From NCBI RefSeq assembly GCF_965237655.1, contig NZ_CBDEGB010000001.1:756033-820032 (forward strand): a DNA stretch of 64,000 nt. Reading direction: 5' to 3'. The number at the start of each line of letters is the position of its first letter. Positions within the stretch are counted from its first letter, which is position 1. The notes under the pieces were generated by a model that was given only the letters and a program-made list of their open reading frames with translations, made no database searches and had not been told where the DNA came from. The DNA comes from Candidatus Poriferisodalis sp. Its GTDB lineage: Bacteria > Actinomycetota > Acidimicrobiia > Acidimicrobiales > Poriferisodalaceae. Below, piece by piece: positions 37,607 through 46,941 of this stretch. A program made the translations under genes and the position numbers.

Positions 37607-38137
37607 TCACGTGGCGGCCATAGCTCGTTCCCATCGGGCGCTGCGGATCTCAGGCCGGCGCCCGCGGAGCTCTTGCCTCGACGCAGCTGACCTTGCCGCC
37701 GTCTGAACCGGCACCGACTGCCTCGCAAAGCGCTCATCGGTCCGAATTCGGATCGCCCCGCACACGTCAGAGTTCAAGCGAGCGCTTGACTCGTCGAGCT
37801 TGTCGAGATGCTGGCTCCTGAGATGCAGCATCGTCGCCGCGTGACTATGTGTGCGAGGTGCGGGGTCGCGGGACCACACAAGATCATGCGCCGTGCTGAG
37901 GCTGTCGAAGATCTCGGTGAGCCGTCCGTTGAGCTCAGGATCTCCAATCGGCATCAGTACACCGAACACGATCGCGACCTCCCCGGTACTGGCCTGCCCG
38001 GAAACACTCGGGTCGATGAGGTCGCTGTCCGCATGGAGATGATCGGCGATGCTGTCAACGAACTCGACGAACTCGTCGTAGGTGAGCGGTCGAGCTCCGT
38101 CCGTGTCGATGCGGCTGAGGGTGCTGGTGGTTGTCAC
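37607..38137 (-). CDS. Hypothetical protein
   Basis: 176-aa ORF downstream of the metallophosphoesterase on the same strand. No motif recognised. Confidence 0.4.
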   Translation of the reverse strand: MTTTSTLSRIDTDGARPLTYDEFVEFVDSIADHLHADSDLIDPSVSGQASTGEVAIVFGVLMPIGDPELNGRLTEIFDSLSTAHDLVWSRDPAPRTHSHAATMLHLRSQHLDKLDESSARLNSDVCGAIRIRTDERFARQSVPVQTAARSAASRQELRGRRPEIRSARWERAMAAT

Positions 38138-38325
38138 CTCGGTGAGCGGACGGCGCGGCGGCCAATTCGTGTCTGTCTCCCTCCTGCAAGCGCGTGGGTC
38201 AGACTTCGCTCAGGTGTTCTCGGGATCCCGGTGGTCTATCGGCGGGGTCGACTGTAACGACGCACTGCCAGTCACACGGTCCGCGTCGAGACACTGGTTC
38301 TCTTGGGCTGCAGAACTGCCAGAGT

Positions 38326-38952
38326 TCAGCGGTGGCGGGACTGGGATGGCGTTCGCGCTGGGAGCGGTTCGCGGTCAGCAGGGCCCTCTGCGATTAGTTC
38401 AGCGATGGTGTCCTCCGACACTGGGGCGAAGTCCCATGCGTCAACGCCGACGTTGATCTGGCGGCCTCGCTGGCGCCATTTCTCGTGGATGTGTCCGTGC
38501 AGCAGCCAGCTGCCGTCGTCGCGGGGCCGGTGATCGAGGTACTTGAGATCGTAGGTCTCATCGAGCAGGTACGGGAAGTGGCTGATGCGCACCTTCTTGC
38601 GACCGATCCGAATCGGCTTGGGCGCATCGACGATTCGTTCGAAGCCGCCAAGTTCGAGATAGTCGCTGCGGCTGGCCTGGTGGTTGTCTCGGCCGGCCCA
38701 GCAGCGGTCGTGGTTACCGGGCACGAGGATCTTGCGGCCCCGCAGCTGTGCGACATGCTCGGCGAGGCAGACGCGCAGGTCGCCGAGCGCGATGTCGCCG
38801 ATCACCCGCACTTCGTCGTCGTCTGCGACGAGTTCGTTCCATCGCTCGACCATCGCATCGTTCATCTCGTCCACGTCGGCGAACGGCCGGTCGCAGTAGC
38901 CGATGATGTTGCGATGCCCGAAATGATGATCCGAGGTGTACCAGCGGGCCAT
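38326..38952 (-). CDS. Metallophosphoesterase family protein (COG4186-like small phosphoesterase)
   Basis: MARWYTSDHHFGH, IGDIALGD, VPGNHD and LLHGHIH motifs. The ATG at 38950-38952 is codon 60 of the tracked ORF. Confidence 0.8.
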   Translation of the reverse strand: MARWYTSDHHFGHRNIIGYCDRPFADVDEMNDAMVERWNELVADDDEVRVIGDIALGDLRVCLAEHVAQLRGRKILVPGNHDRCWAGRDNHQASRSDYLELGGFERIVDAPKPIRIGRKKVRISHFPYLLDETYDLKYLDHRPRDDGSWLLHGHIHEKWRQRGRQINVGVDAWDFAPVSEDTIAELIAEGPADREPLPARTPSQSRHR

Positions 38953-39121
38953 GACCGCACCATAGGTATCCGGTGTCACAGCACCTGCATGGTTTTCGCG
39001 CCCGTGGCTCGGCTGCCGCCTGGCGCGGTCGACGCTGAACCGTTGGCTTCCGGTCGTTCGAAATACGGGAAGCCGCATACTGTCGCGTGTGGACACCGCA
39101 CACGACGGGCACGGGGGAACG

Positions 39122-39382
39122 ATGAGCATGTCAACCCAAGCGCGTGATAATCATGCTGCGTTCGTCGAGCGGCATCAGGCACGGCTCGAGCCAGACCACT
39201 CGGGGAAACTGGCTTTGATGCATGACGGCGAAGTCGTCGAGACCGTCGAAGACAAAGACGTTGCGTACGAGCTCGGGCTGCAGCGGTACGGGGCCGGCAA
39301 CTTCTCGCTGGAACGGATCGGCACTTCACCGCATTCGTTCGGCGTGCTCGAATACGCGTTTGCGGGCGAGGCGAGCATCTGA
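39122..39382 (+). CDS. Small hypothetical protein
   Basis: 86-aa ORF after GGGGGA, divergent from the phosphoesterase gene. ...LMHDGEVVETVEDKDVAYELG... No confident family. Confidence 0.4.
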   Translation: MSMSTQARDNHAAFVERHQARLEPDHSGKLALMHDGEVVETVEDKDVAYELGLQRYGAGNFSLERIGTSPHSFGVLEYAFAGEASI

Positions 39383-39847
39383 CAGGACGCGACCCCGGCC
39401 GTTTGCCGAAGCAGTGACGGTTCCGGGACCTTCACAACCCACCCAAGCCACCGATCCGTTGATGACGCGGCCGAATGGACCGGGCAACATGCCGGCGTGG
39501 TTGACCGCGCAACGCCTTGCACACGCTCGCAGTGCGATACGGGCACGCTCAGCCGAGCCCGCCGCCGGCAGGCCGCCGAAGAGCCGGTCCGACGCTTGCG
39601 CGCCTAGCCGCGTGCGGCATCGCCTGGCCGTACACTGACGGTACTTCTCCCCGCCTTGCCGGCTGGCTGGCAATGGCGGGGCATATTGGTCGCGGATCGG
39701 TCTCGCGCTGGCGATGGCCGCTGCGAGTCGGCCCGATCTGCTCTCGCCCTCCCAGATGCATTTCATTGCCGGAGACTCCCCAGGGCGCTCGAGGCGCGGT
39801 CGCGCGCCCGCAGCTTGACCGGACCCGCGCGAGCCGGACGCGTGCCG

Positions 39848-40820
39848 ATGACCGGTTCGCGGCGCACGAGCGCGAATTCGAAGCCGCTGTGCGTCACGTC
39901 ACGGCGGACACGGGCCTGACAGCCCGCCAGGTGGTCGTGGACTATTGGATCGTTCGAGTCCTGTACACGCTGCATCTCCGCCTTCCCGCCGACGGCACCC
40001 TGAGCGAAGCGCAGCCGCGCCGCCATCACGGTCGATCCGCTGAGTCACCGAGCGTCGGCGGGTGGGCGTTCAGCGGTGGGAACTCGCTGTCGATGGCGTG
40101 GGGCATCACCCGCCGATTCTCCGACGACATCGACGGCACCCTGCTCGCCTCCCCACGCCATCAGGGATCGCCCAATCGTCACGCGCACGCCTGCCGAGCC
40201 GTCGCAGAGTGGGCCGCCTCCGATCCCGCAGCGAGCTGCGGGACCACCATCGGGAACCGGGTTCGCGCCACGATGCTCACCATCCAGCCGCAGAAGCCGA
40301 GGTGAAACTCGAGACATCATTGCTGCACGCAACTGGCGAGCTGGCCGCGAGCTGCGAGGTGAATTCGCTGCTCGCCCGCCGCGGCGACCCCGGATCGGTC
40401 GGAAGATTCCCTGAGCTCGGCGGCTTCGAGCTGCCATGTGTCCGCCCGTGGTGGACAGCTGTCAACAAGCTCGACGCGCTGCACCGTCGCGCCGCCACCG
40501 GCGATCTCGATGGGCTGCGCGCACGCGGACGGGACCTGTACGACCTGTGGTCCATCGCCACGCAGCGGACCCACGCAGCCCAGACCCGCGAACAGGCGCC
40601 GCAGATGTGGCGCACCGCGTCCGCAGCCGTGCGCGCACCCACACCGCGGCCCCGACACGGCTGTGGGACCTCGCCCGCGTTCACCGAAAGCACCCCCGCC
40701 TATCAAGCGCTGCGAGACGGCTACCACCGAGCGCTCGACGCCACCGTGTGGGGCGCCAAGCCCCGCTTCGAAACGGCCGCCAAAGCAGCACGCAGCCTCG
40801 ACACAACCGACCACGACTGA
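39848..40820 (+). pseudogene. AbiEii/AbiGii-family nucleotidyltransferase toxin, frameshifted, with no AbiEi partner
   Basis: FSGGNSLSMAWGITRRFSDDIDG is the NTase motif. The C-terminal half (..AVNKLDALHRR...GRDLYDLW..) continues in another frame, switching near 40285-40300. A further shift seems to lie right after the ATG at 39848. Confidence 0.65.
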
Positions 40821-41689
40821 CCTGCCCGGCGACGCGGCACCAGCCGCAACACCAACATCGCCGCCAACTGGGCCGTCACACAGGACCGCGTCCGGGCGAT
40901 TCGCCCAGGCGGCCCGAATTACGCTGAACCCATGACGGCAGCCGGAGACCACCACAGGCCGGCCGCCGACCCTGCCGTGACCGACGCGTTCCGGCAGATC
41001 GCTGTCATCTACGTCGAGACCAGTCGGGAGCTGACCGAATCCGACCCTGACCTGTGCCTCGACGTCCCCGAAGCGCCGCGGCGGATGGAGGTCGTTGGAG
41101 GAGATTCGGGACCCTCTCAAGTCGCCGTCGACTGATATGAGTGAAGACGAGATCCGCCAGGCGTTTGCTGAGTTCGTCGCGGGATGTCCGACGACACTCG
41201 AGGAGTTCTCCTAGCTGGATTCGAACATGGAGGCATAGCGTCAGCGCCGTCAAGGGCGCATTGCTCGGCCATGTTCGTCACGTGTGTCATCTGCTCCGAT
41301 TGTCGCGACTCGCGACGCACCTGCCGCCCGCTTGACTAGGGCCTGTTTACAAAGTCGGATGATGCGGTCATGAGGCCAGGGTATGGGGACCCCACCGAAC
41401 CACCGCCGTGGAATTCCACGCATGTCGTGCGGCACGCGATCACCTGTTCGCGCCCGCTAGGATGTGGGATACGCCGCGCATGACGATGCGCGGCTAGGCC
41501 CCGGCCACTGTCCAATTCGCCTGATGTGACCAGGTCGAGGGGCAGTGTGTCGGGGCCGAACCTTTGAGTCAGGAAGCTGATGCAGACAAGACTCGCCTGA
41601 GAGTATACACATGTTCCTCCCGAACAACAGGCGTGTTATCCGAACACCCGATCCTGGTGGGGTCCCGTGCATAGTGGGTCATGAGACCC

Positions 41690-41794
41690 ATGCTCACTGA
41701 CGAACAATGGGCTCGCATCGAAGAACATCCCCCCCCGAGCTCCGGATATCGCGGGCGCCCATACGCATCCGATCACGGCACCTGTCAACCTTGG
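41690..41794 (+). pseudogene. N-terminal fragment of an IS5-family transposase
   Basis: MLTDEQWARIEEHPPPSSGYRGRP... resembles the conserved IS5/IS427-group OrfA start. It is cut off by the IS3 end at 41795. Confidence 0.35.
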
Positions 41795-41830
41795 TGAGAC
41801 TGGGCTTCCCCCCAAATCGTGGAGGGTTGG

Positions 41831-42727
41831 TCAGTTGGTGTTGGCTAGTTCGTAGTCGGTCGGGCTGGTCATGTCGAGGGTGCTGTGGAGCCGTCGGGTG
41901 TTGTACCAGTCGGTGATCCAGGCGGCGATGTGGCGTCGGGCCTGGCAGCGGGTGGCCCAGTTGTTGTGGTTGACGAGTTCGTGCTGGAGGGTGGAGAAGA
42001 ACGACTCGGCAACGGCGTTGTCCAGGGCGCACCCGACGCGTCCGGTGGACTGGGCGGCGCCGAGGCGCTCGCAGGCGGCGGCGAAGTCCCCCGCGGTGTA
42101 TTGGGAGCCCTTGTCGGTGTGGAAGATCACGCCTGTGACGTCGCCGCCTCGGATGGCGGCGGCCATGTTCAGCGCGGCCTCGGCGAGTTCGGCGGTGGGA
42201 TGGGAGTTCGAGGTCGCGAAGCCGACCACCCGGCGGGAGGACAGATCGATGACGGTGGCCACGAACACCGGGCCCTCGCCGGTGGGGACCTCCTTGAAGT
42301 CCCCGACCCAGCGGCGATCGGGCGCCGCGGCGGTGAAGTCGCGCCCCAACAGGTCCTGCGGGGCCGCTGCTGCTCGCTGGGCCCGTGTGAGGCCCTTGCG
42401 GCGCTTGCGGCGGCGCGCCGCCAGTCCTTGGCGGGCCATCGAGGCCTCCACGGACTTGCGCGACACCGCCCGGCCGTCGCGGCGCAGCTGCGCATGGACC
42501 CTCGGCGACCCGTAGGTCTCCTTGGAGTCCGCGAAGCAGTCCCGCACCGCCGCGTCGAGGTCGGCCCGGCGCGGCTCGATGGCTGAGGGAGGGCCGTTGC
42601 GCCACCGGTAGAACCACGACTCGCTGATCCTCAAGGCCCGGCACGCGACCGCGTGGGGGATCCCGAACTCGGTCCTCTGGGAAGCGACGAAAGCTGCGGT
42701 GCTCACTTTGTCGCCTCGTTCACCCAC
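41831..42727 (-). CDS. IS3-family transposase OrfB (DDE)
   Basis: RWVGDFKEV..., [10 protein letters not shown] and [15 protein letters not shown]. Confidence 0.9.
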   Translation of the reverse strand: MGERGDKVSTAAFVASQRTEFGIPHAVACRALRISESWFYRWRNGPPSAIEPRRADLDAAVRDCFADSKETYGSPRVHAQLRRDGRAVSRKSVEASMARQGLAARRRKRRKGLTRAQRAAAAPQDLLGRDFTAAAPDRRWVGDFKEVPTGEGPVFVATVIDLSSRRVVGFATSNSHPTAELAEAALNMAAAIRGGDVTGVIFHTDKGSQYTAGDFAAACERLGAAQSTGRVGCALDNAVAESFFSTLQHELVNHNNWATRCQARRHIAAWITDWYNTRRLHSTLDMTSPTDYELANTN

Positions 42728-42990
42728 AGGACCACGGATCGTTTGAGCACATCGCGCTCCATCTCCAGCTCAGCGCAGCGGCGCCGCAGCCGCACCAGCT
42801 CGGCGCGCTCGTCGACATCCAGTGCAACATCGCCGCCGTCGCGGCGCTGGGCCGCGACCCAGTTGCCCAGCGTGCCCGCATGAAGCCCCAGGTTACGGGC
42901 GACCACAGCGATCGGCTTGCCGGTCTCTGTCACGATCCGAACCGCGCCGGCGCGGAACTCCGGATCGAACCTTCTTCGTGTCTCAGGCAT
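42703..42990 (-). CDS. IS3-family transposase OrfA
   Basis: [16 protein letters not shown]...[19 protein letters not shown]...[16 protein letters not shown]. Confidence 0.9.
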   Translation of the reverse strand: MPETRRRFDPEFRAGAVRIVTETGKPIAVVARNLGLHAGTLGNWVAAQRRDGGDVALDVDERAELVRLRRRCAELEMERDVLKRSVVLWVNEATK

Positions 42991-43046
42991 AGCTCCCTTT
43001 CCTCTAAGAGCATGCCTCCTAGATTCCGGGGGAAGCCCACCTCAAC

Positions 43047-43277
43047 GAAGCGATCGCCTGGTGCGAGCACCCCAGCGCACCGCCCGAGCTCACCACGCTG
43101 GCCCGCACGCTGCGCCGCTGGCACACCGAGATCGGAACCGCCGTGCGAACCCGCACCAGCAACGCCCGCACCGAAGCAGCCAACGCACGAATCAAAGACG
43201 TCAAACGATCAGCACGAGGCTTCCGCAACCTTGCCAACACTCAGACTGTTGGGGCCTTGCCGTCGGGACGGGTCTGA
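43047..43277 (+). pseudogene. C-terminal remnant of an ISL3-family transposase
   Basis: ...LRRWHTEIGTAVRTRTSNARTEAANARIKDVKRSARGFRNLAN is the conserved ISL3 C-terminal block. It has no start codon and abuts the IS3 end. Confidence 0.5.
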
Positions 43278-43472
43278 CCCGCTTGACAACTGGCTCTTCT
43301 TGATGCCTTTCGGTAGATCTGTCGGCTCGTTGCCGACGGCAGGGCGCGCACCGACCGGTCGGGCGGACGTGACCTGATAGGAGCCTTGAACCCCACACCG
43401 TGAGTGTTCTGTCCGCCGTCGCGGCCGGTGGTGCCCCCAAGAGTTGGATGACCACAAGGAGGCATTGCCATC

Positions 43473-44687
43473 ATGACACAGGACCGAACCGAGATATTCG
43501 GCGGGGTCGACACCCACAAGAACATCCATGTCGCCGCAGCGATCGACGCCGCGGGGCGGCTGCTGGACACCGCTGAGTTCGCAGCCGACGCCCACGGCTA
43601 CGCAAATCTGTTGGGGTGGCTCAGCTCGCACGGCCGTGTCACGCGCGTCGGCGTTGAGGGCACCGGCTCGTACGGCGCCGGCCTCGCCCGCCATCTCGCA
43701 ACCGCCGACGTCGACGTGGTCGAGGTGAACCGCCCGAACCGCCAGACGCGCCGCCGCCGCGGCAAGACCGACGCTGTCGACGCCGAGGCTGCTGCGCGTG
43801 CGGCACTCAACGGCCAGGCCGCTGCTGTGCCGAAATCCGCGGACGGCCCCGTGGAGGCGATCAGGATGCTCTCCGTGGCGCGGCGCTCCGCGGTCAAGTC
43901 CCGCACCCAGGCCGCCAACCAGATCGCCGGCCTGATCGTCACCGCCCCCGAGCACCTCAAGGACCGCCTGGCAGGCCACAGCACCGCCTCGCTCGTCGAG
44001 ACATGCACCCGCTGGCGGCCCGACCGCAGCCCCGACCACGTCACCGCCGCCGCCAAGACCGCCCTGCGGTCCCTAGCGCGCCGCCACCAAGCCCTCACCG
44101 GCGAGATCGCCCAGCTCGACGCCGAGCTGCTCGAGCTCTGCGAGCACGCCAACCCCGCTCTGCTGGGCGCCTGCGGCGTCGGCCCAGACGTCGCCGCGGC
44201 GCTGCTCGTCACAGCCGGCGACAACCCCCACCGCATGCGCAACGAAGCGTCCTTCGCCGCGCTGTGCGGCGCCAGCCCCATCGAAGCGTCCTCAGGCGCC
44301 ACCGTGCGCCACCGCCTCAACCGCGGCGGCAACCGCCAGGCCAACAACGCCCTGTGGCGCATCGCCATCACCAGGCTGCGCGTCGACCAGCGCACCATCG
44401 ACTACGCCCAACGCCGACGCGCCCAAGGCAAAACCCGCCGCGAGATCATCCGCTGCCTCAAACGCCACATCGCACGCGAGATCTACCGGCTCCTCACCGA
44501 CCCGCCCCAAACCCCCCACGGCGCCGACCTGCGCCGAGCCCGCCAACGCGCCCGACTCACCCTCCGCGACACAGGCCAAGCCCTCAACGTGCCACTCACC
44601 CGCATCTCAGAACTCGAAAGAGGCCTACGCCACAACAACGACCTCGCCAAGCGCTACCAACAACACCTCGCCCAACTCCCCACTTGA
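43473..44687 (+). CDS. IS110-family transposase (DEDD N-domain) with a C-terminal HTH
   Basis: GVDTHKNIHVAAAID..., VGVEGTGSYG, KTDAVDA and NRGGNRQANNALW blocks. Element ends were not determined. Confidence 0.9.
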   Translation: MTQDRTEIFGGVDTHKNIHVAAAIDAAGRLLDTAEFAADAHGYANLLGWLSSHGRVTRVGVEGTGSYGAGLARHLATADVDVVEVNRPNRQTRRRRGKTDAVDAEAAARAALNGQAAAVPKSADGPVEAIRMLSVARRSAVKSRTQAANQIAGLIVTAPEHLKDRLAGHSTASLVETCTRWRPDRSPDHVTAAAKTALRSLARRHQALTGEIAQLDAELLELCEHANPALLGACGVGPDVAAALLVTAGDNPHRMRNEASFAALCGASPIEASSGATVRHRLNRGGNRQANNALWRIAITRLRVDQRTIDYAQRRRAQGKTRREIIRCLKRHIAREIYRLLTDPPQTPHGADLRRARQRARLTLRDTGQALNVPLTRISELERGLRHNNDLAKRYQQHLAQLPT

Positions 44688-44897
44688 CACACATAGGAGC
44701 ATCTACCGGCTCCGCATCCTGCTCGCCGCCGGACGCCAACCATGCCAAACTCAACCCGTCACACCAATCCGAACCCGACGTCCCAGCTTGGTTGCGTAGA
44801 GCCACGTAATCCCGCTCCGAAGCGGCAGCGGAGTCTATCCTCAGCCTGGTATGAGCCCACTCAGCACGACAACGACAGGCGGCAGCGGAGAGCGTCG

Positions 44898-45161
44898 ATG
44901 AACACTGACGGCGGCGCGTACCGCGTGGTGTTCTTCTGCGTCGAATGCGGGAAGCCCGCCACCGAGGTCCGCACCGGCACCGAGGGCGAGATGCTGCTGG
45001 GACTGCGCTGCGACTCGTGCAACCACCAGGCGTCCGGCGATCCGGTAGCGGAACTGCTCGCCAGGGCGCACCGCGAGGCGGCGTACAGCCTCAAGGACGG
45101 CACCGAACTCGGCTGGGGCGACTTCCCGTTCCGGGCCCGCATCGTCGTGGCCGCCAGCTAG
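44898..45161 (+). CDS. Small zinc-ribbon-like hypothetical protein
   Basis: 87 aa with CVECG...CDSCN (CxxC...CxxC). Confidence 0.3.
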   Translation: MNTDGGAYRVVFFCVECGKPATEVRTGTEGEMLLGLRCDSCNHQASGDPVAELLARAHREAAYSLKDGTELGWGDFPFRARIVVAAS

Positions 45162-45190
45162 CGGCAGCTCAGCGTCCTCCGGGAGCGGGC

Positions 45191-45391
45191 ATGAAGAACG
45201 AGATCAGCGGGTCGACGGCATTCAGGGTGGGTGTCTGCGGCGATTGCGGGGCAGAGGGCCTGGTGCTGTGGTGCAGCTGCGATCGGGTGCTGCTGTGCGT
45301 GTCCGCCGGCGACGGCCTGGGATGCGTGATGTCAGGGCATGCGGAAGGCTGTCCGTGCGACGTGGCGCTTGAAGTGCTCGATCCGGCGTGA
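45191..45391 (+). CDS. Small Cys-rich hypothetical protein
   Basis: 66 aa after GGGAGCGGGC. CGDCG...CSCD...CPCD. Confidence 0.25.
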   Translation: MKNEISGSTAFRVGVCGDCGAEGLVLWCSCDRVLLCVSAGDGLGCVMSGHAEGCPCDVALEVLDPA

Positions 45392-45458
45392 GCGGCAAGC
45401 AGCCCGGCGGCCTGCCGTGACAAGGTCCCAGCGCAGCGTCGCGATCGAGACCGGCGCC

Positions 45459-45881
45459 ATGCTTGAGACCAGGGCCGACTGCCGGCTCATCCACCACCCG
45501 CCGAGCACGCTGCGGGACCCCTACGACGCCCTGAAGCTCGACCCCGAGGACCACGCCGACTGCCGGCGCTGGGCCAGCACCGTGGTGTGGCACCCCCGCC
45601 TGTGCGGGACTGCGACGCCGCCCACCGTCCGGCATCTCAGAGACAGCGACACCCACGGCGTCGCAGCCCACGGCGTCGCAGCCCACGGCGTCGCGGCCAT
45701 CGCCGACGCGCTGCCCGTCCCGCTGCCCGACACCTGGTTGCCCTACTGGCATGAGGGGACGGTGTGGTGGCTGTGCGACCACTTGTCCCAGTGGAGGCCG
45801 CTCACCGCCGGGACGCTGCGAGACCTTCTCGACGCAGGCCTCACTGTCGAACGCCCACGCGGATCGCCCATCGGGGACTGA
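45459..45881 (+). CDS. Hypothetical protein containing an (HGVAA)x3 repeat
   Basis: 140-aa ORF counted from the internal ATG of the tracked ORF 45339-45881. No motif recognised. Confidence 0.3.
   Translation: MLETRADCRLIHHPPSTLRDPYDALKLDPEDHADCRRWASTVVWHPRLCGTATPPTVRHLRDSDTHGVAAHGVAAHGVAAIADALPVPLPDTWLPYWHEGTVWWLCDHLSQWRPLTAGTLRDLLDAGLTVERPRGSPIGD
45654..45698 (+). repeat. 15-bp tandem repeat x3 (CACGGCGTCGCAGCC; the third copy has A>G)
   Basis: Read directly. The units are 45654-45668, 45669-45683 and 45684-45698, in frame, encoding HGVAA x3. Confidence 0.9.
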
Positions 45882-45909
45882 GCGCCCAGCGCTCCGGAAC
45901 GGCGCTGGC

Positions 45910-46560
45910 TTATGGCCCGGCGAGGTAGTCGGTGTCGTCTCGCACGGCGGCGAAGTCGCCGGCGTCGAGGTAGTGGTTCCAGAGCTGCCGGCCGGGGATG
46001 CGCAGCGCTTTGTGCGGCTCGGGCGGTGCCCACCAGGTGGCGGTCTCGACGCGCTTGCCCAGGCGCACGGCTTCCTCGACGGCGGGCAGCAGGTCGGTGT
46101 CGGCGGACACCACCACGGCGACGTCGTAGAGGTCGTTGTGTGCGCCCAGTGCGAGGTGCAGCGCCAGCAGCACGTCGACGCCCTTCTCCTCGGCCCGCCA
46201 GCGCTGCCGGCCGTCAGGATGCATGCCGGCGGGCCAGTAGCGCATCGGGCGGGTGTGCACGCTCACGTCGTCGAGCGCTTCCCAATCGGCCTTCTGGTGG
46301 GCGAATGCCGAGCGCAGCTTCGCGGAGCTGCGCGGTCCCGGCTGGCCCCGGTACACCTGCACACTGTCGAGACGTCGCGCCGGGTCGACGCTGAGGCCTC
46401 GCTGGCACAGCAGCTCGCCCAGCAGCTCCGGATGCACGTGGCCATGCCACGACGGCGACCCTGTCGGCACGAACAGCGCTCGGGTGGTGTGCCAGGTGTT
46501 CTGGTAGTCCACGAACACCGCGACCCTGGTGCTGTCGGACCCGGACGTCGACTCAGGCAT
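45910..46560 (-). CDS. NYN (LabA-like) domain ribonuclease-fold protein
   Basis: RVAVFVDYQN, EKGVDVLLAL and VVVSADTDLLPAV are NYN acidic motifs. The ATG at 46558-46560 is preferred. Confidence 0.65.
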   Translation of the reverse strand: MPESTSGSDSTRVAVFVDYQNTWHTTRALFVPTGSPSWHGHVHPELLGELLCQRGLSVDPARRLDSVQVYRGQPGPRSSAKLRSAFAHQKADWEALDDVSVHTRPMRYWPAGMHPDGRQRWRAEEKGVDVLLALHLALGAHNDLYDVAVVVSADTDLLPAVEEAVRLGKRVETATWWAPPEPHKALRIPGRQLWNHYLDAGDFAAVRDDTDYLAGP

Positions 46561-46713
46561 GGGGCCAAAAGATAACCCCGCCAGGCCCGGCAAGGCCGGG
46601 ACGGCGGGGAGGAATGCACGAACCGTATCGGATGGCACTACGAGACCGCAACACGCGCCGCTGAATCGCCCCGGGTTTGGGGGTTATAGGGCTGTTTCCC
46701 CAAGGAGGTAAGT

Positions 46714-46941
46714 GTGTCTGCAAGTGAAGCCGTTGAGTATTCGCGTTGTGATGGACCGGGTGGGGAAGTCACCTACGCCAATCAAATGCTCATGCCATTG
46801 GGGGGCGCGTGCGATGCATTGATTGGAGCATCGGCCACATCGTCACAGCGCTCAACGCTGCGAACATTCCAACCGCGGCTAGCTGCTGCGGACATCAGCG
46901 GACGCCGGGGCTTATCAGCCTCTAAGACGGCCGCCAGCTAG
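46714..46941 (+). pseudogene. Small ORF with a strong SD, 3' end replaced by the IS982 terminus
   Basis: AAGGAGG then 5 nt then GTG at 46714. The stop codon at 46939-46941 lies inside the IS inverted repeat. Confidence 0.25.

Larger units (their letters stand above)
41795..43044 (-). mobile_element. IS3-family insertion sequence (1250 bp)
   Basis: TGAGACTGGGCTTCCCCCCAAATC at the left versus the reverse complement TGAGGTGGGCTTCCCCCGGAATC of the right end. OrfA and OrfB overlap in the -1 arrangement. No matching target duplication in the flanks. Confidence 0.85.

Noticed and set aside
41474-41495. Perfect 9-bp-stem palindrome GCCGCGCAT-GACG-ATGCGCGGC in the non-coding stretch 40.9-41.7 kb
   Set aside because: It is isolated, with no U-tract and no adjacent gene end. 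It could be a remnant IR or a chance GC hairpin, so no functional call is justified.
43300-44760. Attempt to delimit the IS110 element ends
   Set aside because: IS110-family elements lack classical terminal inverted repeats, and I could not identify junctions by eye. Only the transposase CDS is reported.
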